Below are positions 38,101 through 50,100 of a stretch of 64,000 bases of DNA, piece after piece. Numbering within the stretch: the stretch's first letter is position 1; each line of letters starts with the position of its first letter. The position numbers and the translations under genes are program-made. The notes below the pieces were generated by a model that ran no database searches, had not been told where the DNA came from, and saw only the letters and a program-made list of their open reading frames with translations. Source of the stretch: Squalus acanthias (lineage: Eukaryota); the NCBI GenBank assembly GCA_030390025.1, contig CM059432.1:28522001-28586000 (forward strand), in the 5' to 3' direction.

Positions 38101-41100
38101 GAGAAGAGGAGAAATTTCTTCACTCAGAGGGTGGTGAATCTTTGGAATTCTCTACCCCAGAGGGCTGCGGAGGCTCAGTCGTTGAGTATATTCAAGATAG
38201 AGATCGATAGATTTTTGAATATTAAGGGAATTAAGGGATATGGGGATAGTGTAGGAAAGTGGAAATGAGGTAGAAGATCAGCCATGATCTTATTGAATGG
38301 CAGAGCAGGCTCGAAGGGCCAAATGGCCTACTCCTGCTCCTATTTCTTATGTTCTTATGTGATGCCCGAAACTTTGCAGGACTTTAGATGCTCAAGATTA
38401 TTGGCCCCTATGGGTAAGGATCTATTTGTGTTCTGCCCCATATGTGATGGACTCTATGGATAATGATCTCTCAGTGATGGACCCTATGCATGATGGACTC
38501 AATGAGCAATGATCTTTCAATGGACCCAATGGGTGAAGATCTATACTTGATGGACTCTATGGAAAGCACATATCTATGAATGACTCTGTGAATAAACACT
38601 AATCTGTGAATGACTAGGGTTAGATGTTCTTTGTGAAGAACCCTTTTTTTCTGGGCTGTACTGCCATTACCCGCTTGATGTAAAGATAGTGCATCAACTG
38701 TAGTCCAAAAACAAGGTTTTACCTTGGCATTGACTATCTCAATGTGAACAAGTAGAGATGCCAGCTCTAGCTCCTCACTGTAGCTGTTTTTCAGGGGCAC
38801 GGATCTGTAACCTGTAAATAGAACAAGATCTTGTCATTCATCAGGGCATCACAGACACATAGTGGCATCCGAAGATAGAGACCACTCCAAACCAGCTCAG
38901 AAATGTACAATGCAATCTCAATGAGCACACCCAATATCAACACACACACACTGTCACTTACAATTTGTGAACCCAGCCTGGCATTTACCCCACAATGTCA
39001 GCGTATGGAGCTGTAAAATTGTATAACAGTTTAGGTTTAAAGGCATGCAAGGTAACATAAAAGTTAAGCTTCACCTCAGTCATAATACCCAGCATGGCAA
39101 CTGCATTTGGCTTAAAGGGTGAGATGACTGATGGACTCCATGGGTTAGAGCCTAACAGGTGTTAGCACTGGCGAGTGCCTGTCTGTGATGGTCTCAGTTT
39201 CTATGGGTACATGATGGTACAGGAACAATACTACAGGTGAATATCAGCAGATCAGTGATGTAACTGCTTATCTTAAAAGCCAAGCCTTATCGTGTCAGTA
39301 TCCAGCAGTGAGATTGAAGGGAGTTAATGTACAGCCTTGATTATGTGAGATCAGCAAATTTAGGGACTGCACTTGCCCATGGTGTGGTGCACCGTGCCAG
39401 TAGTGGGAGGGTTGTCTTTGCCAAAACTTGCAAAATAAGCCTCTCCCCTGTGATAGCACAGGGATGAATTTTAAGGATAAATGCCCATCAGTGATGGATT
39501 CTATTGGTAAGTATCAGTGATGATATTGAGATCGAACAGTAAGTAGCTATCTGTGGTGGTATCAGAGGAATATGAATAAATCTTAACTCCCTTCAAGCGG
39601 ATGATCTGGGTGGAAGATACTTTCAATATAAAGAGGTCCACCCACACCCACCTTTTGTTGAGTTCTGACGTATATAATTTGTAAAAGAATAGTTTTACAT
39701 AAATTGTGAGAAACTAGGAACTGTGGAGGTGCAAAGAAATTGTGGAGTACAAGTTAACAAATCATTAAAAGCTAGTAGATAAGTACAAAAAGAAATCGAA
39801 AAGGCTAATTGAATGTTGGTCTTTATCTCAAAGGGGAGGAAGTTATGCTTCAACAACAACAACTTGCAATGATATAGCGACTTTATATTAAAATGTCCCA
39901 AGTTGCTTCACAGGAGCGTTATCAAACAAAATTGGACACCGAGCCACATGAGGAGATATTAGGACAGGTGACCGAAAGCTTGGTAAAAGAGGTAGGTTTT
40001 AAGGAGTGCCTTAAAGGAAGAGAGAGAGGTAGAGAGGTGGAGAGGTTTAAGGAGGGAATTCCAGAGCTTAGGGTCGAGGCAGCTGAAGGCACGGCTGCCA
40101 ATGGTGGAGCGATTAAAATTGGGGATGTGCAAGAGGCCAGAATTGGAGGAGCGCAGAGATCTTGGAGGGTTGTAAGGTTGGACGAGGTTACAGAGATAGG
40201 GAGGGGCATTGCTATGGAGGAATTGAAAACAAGGATGAGAATTTTAAAATCGAGACGTTGCCAGACCGGGAGCCAATGTAGGTCAGAGAGCACAGGGATG
40301 ACAGATGAACAGGACTTGGTGCGAGTTAGGATATGAGCAGCAGAGTTTTGGATGAGCTCAGGTTCATGGAGGGTGGAAGATGGGAGGCCAGCCAGGAGAT
40401 CATTGGAATAGTCAGGTCTAGAGGTAACAACGGCATGGATGAGGGTTTCAGCAGCAGGTGAGCTGAGGCAGGGGCGGAGACGGGTGATGTTACGGAGATG
40501 GATGTAGGCAATGGCCAGGGAGAAGGATGAAGTCTTCAGTTGTATAGAGCCTTAGTCTGATCCCATCTGGAGTACAATCAGTTTTGAGCACTGCACTTCA
40601 GGATGGATGTACTGTCCTTGGAAGGGGTGTCATGCATTCACCAGAATTATACCGGGGTTTAGGGGTAAAATTATGAGGCCAGGTTGCATAAACATGGCTT
40701 GTATTCCCTTGAGTATAGAGGATATTGGAATGATGTGATCGAGGTGTTTAAATGTTACAATGATTTGATAGGGTAGAATACGGAGAAACTATTTCTTCTG
40801 GTGGGTGAATCAAGGCCAAGAAGACATAATCTTAAAATTAGAGCTATACCTTTCAGGAGCAAAATCAGGAAGCATTTTCATACAAACGGTAGTAGAAATC
40901 CGGAACTTTCTTCTTAAAAGGTTGTGGATGATCTAATTGAATCGCAGAGTAGGCTTGAGGGGCTGAATGGCCTACTCCTGTTCCTAATGTTCCTATTAGT
41001 CCTTTTCCAGTAGTGGGTTTGAAAATAAGTGGCTTAGAATCATAGATATTACAGCACAGAAGGAGGCTATTCGGCCCATCGTGTCTGTGCCGACTGAAAA

Positions 41101-44100
41101 AGAGCTAGCCAGCCTAATCCCACTTTCCTGGTCCGTAGCCTTGTAGGTTAACCACTTCAAGTGCATACCCAAGTACTTTTTAAATGTGATGAGCGTTTCT
41201 GCCTCTACCACCCTTTCAGGCAGTGAGTTCCAGACCCCCACCACTCTCTGGGTGAAAAAAGTTCTCCTCAACGCCCCTCTAATCTTTCTACCCATTACTT
41301 TAAATCTATCCCCTCTAATTATTGACCGCTCTGCTAAGGGAAATAGGCCCTTCCTGCCCACTCTATCTAGGCCCCTCATAATTTTATACACCTCAATTAA
41401 GTCTCCCCTCAGCCTCCTCTGTTCCAAAGAAAACAACCCCAGCCTATCCAATCTTTCCTCATAGCAAAAATTCTCCAGTCTTGGCAACATCCTCGTAAAT
41501 CTCCTCTGTACCTTCTCCAGTGCAATCACATCTCCAAATTAGTAAGTGGAAACAGAAAGGATGCTAATCTGATTTCATGAGTATTGGTACTCAATGGCTG
41601 AGCCTGTGGGTGTTGCCAGCCAAGACTTCCACCAGTTCTGCCTGTCTCAGTAGGTGGGTGTTCCACTGGCTCCTCTGCTGATGCCATTTTCGATTGGAGG
41701 GGGGAGGGTGGCATTGCTGTGATATAAATCTTCTTTCTTAACAAGTAGGAGACATTTTTAAAATATAAATAGAGGGGGTAGCACTTGTACTAAACTAAAA
41801 CAAGTGTGTAGTGTTTACCTTTAAATGGTAGGGAAGATATCATTGAGTCATAGAGTCATAACGGCTCAGAAGGAGGCCATTCGGCCCATTGAGTCTGTGC
41901 CGGCTCTCTGTAGAGCAATCCAGTCAGTCCCATTCCCCCGCTCTACCTCCGTAGCCCTGCAAGTTTATTTCCCTCAAGTGCCTATCCAGTCTCCCCTTGA
42001 AAACATTGAGTGTCTCCGCTTCCACCACTTCCGTCGGCAGTGAGTTCCAGGTCCTCACCACTCGCTGTGTAAAAAAGTTTTTCCTCACATTCCCCCTATA
42101 TCTCTTGCCCAAAACCTTAAATCTGTGTCCCCAAGTCCTTGTACCATCAACTAGTGGGAACAGCCTTTCCCCGTCTAGCCTATCTAAACCCGTCATAATC
42201 TTGTACACCTCTATCAAATCACCCCGCAACCTCCTTTGCTCCAATGAAAACAAATCCAGCTTCTCCAACCTGTCCTTGTAGCTAAGATCCCCCATCCCCG
42301 GAACCATTCTGGTAAATCTCCTCTGCACCCTCTCAAGGGTTTTCACATCCTTCCTAAAGTGTGGTGACCAGAACTGGACGCAATACTCCAGTTGTGGCCT
42401 AACCAGCACTTTATAAAGGAAGGAATGTCAGAAGTGGGATTATGAACCCACACCTCCAGAGGAAACTGCAACCTGAACGCAGCGCCTTAGACCGCTCGGC
42501 CATATAATCCAACATGTAAGTTCACACACCTATTGCAGCCTCCTACTCTGAAAGGGGTGAAACATCATCCAATTCCCATTGGTAGGAAACTTAAAATGGG
42601 TCAAACCACCAAGTGGAAAATAGCTTGTGTGTAGACCGAAACTTGTTGTTCAAGTCATTCTGCTCCAGTGATACATTCCCATTTGAATACAGGGCTGTGA
42701 TATTTAAAAAAGTGTTTATAGCTGTTTATTAATTTTGGTATCAGTCAGAACCAATGAATTCCTAAGGTAGGAGTGGAAAAATATTGCAATCACAATGCTT
42801 CCAATTTGGCCCTACCTCAAACCCTATCAGCAGAAAGTCACCACAATCAGTGCCAGTACTTTCTCCACTCCTTTAGTCCCCAAGCACAATGCACCAGTTC
42901 TGCTAATTTGTGTAGGTGGGCATGCCACAGGCTTCTCCACTGATGCCATTTTGTAATCAGAGAGTGGATTTGAGAGAGAGATATGAGTACTGCAGCGATG
43001 ATGTCCACAAAACTGTCCATTATTCATTGCCAGTCTCGCTCGGAGGTGTCGCAGTGAAGGCCAGTGAAGGAAATGGAAATGATGCAGCAGATGGTATTCA
43101 TGTAATGCCGAAGGAGGAAAAATGACCCTGGTTACGATGTATGGTGAATTCTTAAACAAGTCCTTTCTGATTGTCTCTCTCCACCACTCCCCCTGGGGCA
43201 GGGAGGATAGAATTGTACTGGTCACTGTTGCTACACACAGCACTAGTATAATTCTTTCTTCCTCCTCTATGGGGAGCAGAAGAAAGGGACAATTACTGTG
43301 GGCGCGAAATTCGGTAGCGCCCCGATTTGGGGCGGTAACGCTGGCGAGGCGGGACATCCTGCGCCCGGCGAGGAAGACCAGTCCCGGCCGCGAAATTCGC
43401 CCCCCGGAGGTGCTAACGGCAGGCGCAAAGGAGCCGAATTTCGCCCCCTCCATGCTGCACCAGATGCAGGTGTGCTCAGTGCTGACAGTACTGACATCCC
43501 TCACTCTCCCACCTTATTAAAAAAAAAAGACAAATAATATTCTTCTTACTAGGCTGCTAGTTACCTGTTTTAAGTCCTTTCACTGGGTAAGTTGCCTGGG
43601 CTAGGAAGTTGGGGTCACTGAACATGTCCTCATCATACACAATGAACTTCAAAAAGGCAAACTCGGGATTGTTGATGTCAAAGACAAACTGCTTGAAGAG
43701 CCAGACGGGATTTAACCCATTATCCGCTGGAACAGAAATGAAACATAAGGAGATGCAATGAAATGATGCTTTATTTAACGTTTCTTTTCTCTGTTTTTCC
43801 TTTGTTTCTCCACTTTTCTTCTCTGCTCTCCTGAAGGTTCTGATTTCATGTTGGGCTTCCTGCATACTTTGCCCAAGCAGCCATTCCTTACCCGCCAACA
43901 CCCATTTCCAGCCAGGGTTGCTGGATCGTGATCAGGAGCTGGAACCTTGGCTGATTTTTCCTTGTCTTTGAGGTGAGTTGTACCCAGGCTGAGCACAGCG
44001 AACAACACAGAACAGCGACTAAACCTGAGACCATTCCCGTCTGTATCACTCAGTTCCACACTTTGCACAGAACTTATCAACTGAGTAACTCGGCGAATGA

Positions 44101-47100
44101 TACATTATTTGGTTTAATATAAAACCTGCAGGGCTCTCTCTGCAGCACTATCACTGGGGGAGTCCCACAGATTGTGTGTTACTGCAAAAGACATGTTACA
44201 TAAAAGGGTTTATTTAATGGCTGCTCTAACTCCCCAGTAGCCGAGTAAGTAAAGGCACTACGCAGTGTAACACTAAACCATTCAAAACAGAAGAACCCAG
44301 GTTTGATTCTCAGTCTGCGTTCAGTTAACTGATCTCAGCTAGGACAGCAGTAAGGGCACGACAATTTGTATAAGTGCCCTACTCCCTGACTAGGGAGGGG
44401 AAGAGTTAAATTTGCTAAACTCACGATTGCAATGCAACGACCTCTGCTGGAAGCAGGTGCCGATGTCAGGGGAGGAATGGATCGGGCCCATGAATCTGTT
44501 GACACTCACTGTCAAAACTCACAGAGGAAGAATGGCAACCTGGGTGAGGTACCAGAGGGCTGCCAATGCCTGTGGAACTGTCCCCCAACAAGAGGTCAAA
44601 TCCCTGGGGACGGGACAAAAATTGACAAAACAAAAATATGCATTAAATCAGAGATGGCAGTGTTATAGTGAGAGAGGGATTATAAGAGGGTATTTAGAAT
44701 GGTTCATTTATTAACAAGGGACAGGCATACAATGTGTGTTCTAGGTTTCTATGGTCCCTATTATTGAGTGAGACATATGCAGTGTGTGCCATTGATGAGC
44801 TATTATTTTTGAATATTCTCATATATAAAGGCCACAGGATGGCTGGTGTGGGAAATGGAATCATTACACTAATGCAGTAGGAGGTGCCCTTCTGAGGCTG
44901 GGATTTATTCAAAGGCAAATTAAATAGTATTATATTTTGAGATACAGTATATGAGTAATTTAAGACATGACATGTAGTAAGTGTTGCATGCTTGGGAGGA
45001 ACAGGTGACTTTGGACCTATGGTTCCTAATGCTCTCCACCACTGGGGTTTTCCTTGTGTCGTGTCTGGGTCTGTTGTACACTAATTGAATGACTTTGATT
45101 GCCATTAGTCAACAACTCCATTAGCGTTGTATCATGTGACTACCAGTATGGTAGAAGATGAACTAGATAGACCGTGGTCTTTTTTCATCTAGCAATTCCT
45201 AAGGCACAGCGTTGGGGGCAGAGTAGAAAAAGCTTCACTCTGTATCTAACCCAGGCTGCACCAGAGTACTAATTAAGGCAGTGTAGAGGGGCCTTTACTC
45301 TGTGTCCAGCCTGTGCTGTACGTGACTTGGAAGTACTTGATGTGGCAGTGTAGACTTTGTATCCAATCCATGCTGTACCTGCCTTTGAAGCCCTTGAATA
45401 CAAATTCGCCAAGAGAAAACAAACAGGGAGAAAATGACATGTAGATTATTGGCGAAAGGTCATCAGTTCTGACAAAAGATCATCGACCTGAAATGTTAAC
45501 CCTACTCTCTCCACAAATGTTGCCTGACCTGCTGAGTGTTTCCAGCATTTTCTGTTTTTATTTCAGTTTTCCAGCAACTGCAGTATTTTGCTCTTTGTGC
45601 AGATTATTGAACATGTTGAAATGATTCTAACGCTGTGTCTGACTCAGACTGTGTGTGTTGGATGAGGACATCATTAGACTCGGGATGATCTTCAACGTCA
45701 AGGCTCATGTGAAGAATTCCTGACGGAGGGGAGGGAGAATGGAGAAAAACTGGGGAGGAAAGGAAAAAATTGTTGCAGGGAATACCATGTGATTGAATCA
45801 GATCTGTATGTCACAGTGGAGGAGTCTCACTTACCCACCACCTCGGTCTTGTATTTGCTGTTGTCGTACTCAGCTCCACATACCTCCACCTCAACAAATG
45901 GACAAACGATGCTTCTCCCATTCTTGGGCAGATGTCGCGCTCCCAAGATCTGTCCGTTTAAGAGAATGGATTCAATAAGGATTCACGCCCACAGCTCTTC
46001 CTCATGCATTCTTTTTTAAAAAGGAGAGAGAACCCTAAAATTACATCACCCTGCAAAAAATCCATCCCCAACAGCTACCCACTGGCTCTGCTGGTAAATG
46101 CAGCAATCCAGTAGGAAACTTGCTGGGACAACATTAGTGGCGCCACAATTTACAGCATGTCTGGGCTAAGGAAGAGGCAAAAATCAGACAGAGTTCCCAT
46201 TCTTAATCATTATCTAGTGATTCCCACTGGCACAGGATCCTGGTTGAATAGCCCACCAACACTAATTGCCTGGACTTAAAGAATAACAAAAGAACCAGAG
46301 GGGAGACGAAGAGAATTTTTTTTATGCGGCAAGTTGATATGATCTGGAATGCACTGCCTGAAAGGGTGGTGGAAGCAGATTCAATAATAACTTTCAAAAG
46401 AGAATTAGATATATGCTTGAAAAGAAAAAAATTGCAGGACTATGGGGAAAGGACAAGGTCATGGGACTAATTGGATGATTCTTTCAAAGAGCTGGCACAG
46501 GCACAATGGGGGAAAAATTCAGTTGGATTGCGCCTCCTGTTAGAGCCTTAAGGCGGCGCTAATGGGGCGCAAAGCAACTAGCGCCCCTGCGCGGCGATGT
46601 TTGCACTGCTCACAAAATTAACTAGACATTTTGTGGCAGCGCTAAACACTACTGCCACGATCTCCTGCGCCGGCCAATCATGACGTCAGTCGAGAGTGCA
46701 ACGCCCCGGTAGCGCCCCGGACCGGATATTGAGTGGTGCCCCCTGTCTTACCGCCTGCCGCTAGCAACGACAGGTTGAGGGCAGCGTTTTGCAGTCAGGA
46801 AGGGACTGGGGGAGCGCTATTTTGTCGGCGAAATTTTTGCACCACGCATTCTGAGTGAGAGAGAGAGACTGCAGGAGATATTCAAAGCTGTGTTGAGGAG
46901 TTTTGGGTACTGAGCAGCACTTTGCAGGTTCTTTCTGGTTTGATCTTCCTTGCATCGATTTAGAAGAGAATATGGGGGCTGCAGTCTGAGCTCTTTCCCT
47001 GGGCCTCTCCATTGTACTTTCCAGCAGATTTGATGTGCAGGTCTCTCCAGGCCGAGATTCAAGGCTGCAATGAGCAAGATGTGGATGGAGAGCAAGATCA

Positions 47101-50100
47101 ACCCTCCCCTTTAAGAACTGTCCGGCGCCAGTGTGTCTGTGTTCCATTGCTGACTGACATCACATGAGCTTTGCCAGCGCTCTGAGGTAGCGCCTCGCTC
47201 CTCGGCCTTTGCACCTGATTTAGCGCTCCAATCACCTCCAGGGGCGATAAAAGTCAAGTTTGCAGTCGGAGGCGATAATTAGCGCCAGGCGCTAAACTTT
47301 GCGCCCTGCCGATAATGGCGCCCCAAACGGGGCGATACTGAATTTTTCCCCCAATAGGTCTAATGGCCCCCTTCTGTGTTGTATAATTCTATGAATGGTG
47401 AGGTAGATGGAGGACAACCGATGCCCAGGGAACTAAACAAGAGAGTCAGCATCATCAGGAGAGAGGGGGAGAAGAGGAATCCATCTTAATTGAGTGTTGC
47501 TGCCTCGGTGACACAATTATGGGCAAATCCCAGTTTCTGGGACTGCCCACTGCAAAACATCTGCTACCGTGATTATGCATAAGGCAGGTAACAGTGCAAC
47601 TCAAAAGGTGACTCGTCTCGGAGTCTCTCTCTCGTGTACCTGTTACCGGATAGTGACCAGCTGTGTAAACCGTGGCCCCCGCCAGCCCCAGGGACAATGA
47701 TGGGAGCATGAATTGTTCCTTCAGGAGATGAGGGGAGAAAACCGAAGGGCGGAGGGAGGAAAGAGAAGAAACGCCTCATGAAGCGGTGTAGTGGAGCAGC
47801 GTGTTGGAAATTCACCCTGGGGCACCACGCAGTGCTGACCACGGCCTGCTGCAACACTGAGGTACCCATAGCAACCTGAGCCATGTTGTTGTGGTGAGGC
47901 ATTGGGCAGAGGGATAGGGCAGGAGTATTTTAACTGATTTAAAATGCTGCCAGCTGCTGGTAGGGGAAGATTGGGCAGCCAAAGGCTTGCAGGTAAGTGG
48001 TGGGGAGGGGGTTTTGGGAGGGTCATGCGTGAGAGATGGGGTGGGGGTGGAGTCCGGTACAGGGGAGGCTGTGGCTTTCTTTGTGGGGTCCGGAGGAGCA
48101 TTCCTCCTCCTCTTCCTGGCCCCACAAAGGAACATTTTGCACTTACCTTGGAGTATCTCATCTGTCAGCAGCCCAGCTCCAATCCTGCTTCGGCCTGACA
48201 AGGAAGCCGCGGCGGTTCCCTGCTCAAGCCCCAGGCAAAATAATGTCGGGGTCCTATTGACACCCTAGTTAATGCACGAGTCTCCAACCTGAGTCCGGCA
48301 AGCAGCTCATCCGCCACCAAAACTAGCGGCATTAAAATCAGCGGGATCAGTGGGACTGGAGCTGCTCCGTTTTCACTGCTCGCCCGCTCCATTCCCACCC
48401 AGCGTGGAGAGTTAAAATTCCCCCTCGTGGTTTCGGGTTTTTTCAGGGTGGGTCATCCAGGATCTCTTGTGGTAAAACAAAATGGCTGCCACTTGCCTGA
48501 AGCTGCACGGTGATCGGTTCCACGCCCTTGAGAGAGTTCTTGTCAAAGGGGTCGAAGTTCTCGTCTCTCATGATGTCAGGGTGCAAAACGTACCCACTCT
48601 TCCCGTTCATGGCGAAGATCGCCTGGTTCAGCTGCATTGGTTTGTCTACAGAGAAAAAAAAAATTCCAAAGCCCTTTCAGATTCCAAGTTAACTTCCTCT
48701 TCACTGTGTCAATGATTCTCCTACACGGTTCCCAGTATTTACAGTGCCTCTCTTTCCTTTAGCTGGCACCTCCTCTGACTAATGCTGGGGGGTACTGTTC
48801 CACAAGGGCTGGTTACCGTTCTTCATGTGTGAGCCTAGAAGACAGTAAGGAGGTAAATTTCCACGTGTGTTCTCCCGCTCGTCTGCTGTAACTTCCGCCA
48901 CGGAAATTTACCCCTTAAGTGTCAGTCGACTATTCAGCAGTCGCGACCCTCACAGCTGAATCCTATCAAGTCTTCACCGACAACTGAACACTGTCTCGCA
49001 AAGGGCCACCGAATAGCAATTGGGAGCAGATCTCTAATCAGTTTAATCCCCTCTCTAGCCGAGAGGTGCTGAGTCCAATTGTAATACCCCTCATACCCAA
49101 CCAAGCTGAGATCAGCTCATTCAGCACAGACCCGGCTTGTTGTACTCAGCTAATCATTGGATTAACTCACTGAGCCTTTCTAACCCGTATGGCCCTGATC
49201 CACACTTAGCAAAGGAGCCACCAGAGGAGCTTCTCATATATTGGATATATATAAAATATGAAGGGCAAGTGCAAATGTAATTTATCTCGTAGGGGTGGAT
49301 GGGGTCATCAGATGATTACAAGCCGTGTGGGCTAGGCTCAGCTAGTTTATAGTTGGCGCCTATGCTGTAACATAGCCATTGTTTCTGTAATGTGGAGATG
49401 CCGGTGTTGGACTGGGGTGGACAAATGTGAGAAGTCGCACCACACCAGGTTATAGTCCAACAGCTTTATTTGAAATCACAAGCTTTCGGAGCGCTGCTCC
49501 TTCGTCACCTGACGAAGGAGCAGCGCTCCGAAAGCTTGTGATTTCAAATAAAGCTGTTGGACTATAACCTGGTGTTGTGCGACTTCTCACAATTGTTTCT
49601 GTAATTATTGTAAATCCAGCAGAGGGAGCTGCAGCCCAATATTTAGTTAGTTGCTGTGCTTGCAACAGCATGAATCGCAACGCTCGAACATAGAAAAACA
49701 TCACAAGACATTTCACAGATAGGGTCGCCAACTGTGGTTGGACCTACTCCTGAAGGTTCCATCACATGACTTTCTGTCTCGAACCGCCCCACACACTCCT
49801 GCCATTGGGGTCGCCCAACATGTCCAGACTCACGGTGCACTGCCTTACCTCGTCAATCGGACAGCGGATAGACTATTCATTACCTGATTGGATGATTCTT
49901 GACTGTCAGTCAAACAGCCTTGTTTTCCCCATGTCCAATACTAGTAAACTAAAGTGTTAAGAGCAAATTCAAAAAAAACAATTTTTGCCCCTATGATTTT
50001 TCTCCAGGGTTGCTTGCAGCAGTGTCCTGGAGAGTAGTCTCATTCATGGAGACTCCAGGGCAATCCTGGAGGGTTGGCAACCCTATTCACAAAGGTGTAA

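Noticed and set aside
42426..42509. Functional tRNA-Leu gene
   Set aside because: The acceptor stem cannot pair, the T-loop/B-box is disrupted, and there is no clear T4+ terminator
42827..43537. 225-aa ORF and overlapping ORFs
   Set aside because: They run through a GC-rich MITE inside a PLC-gamma intron; no protein family signal
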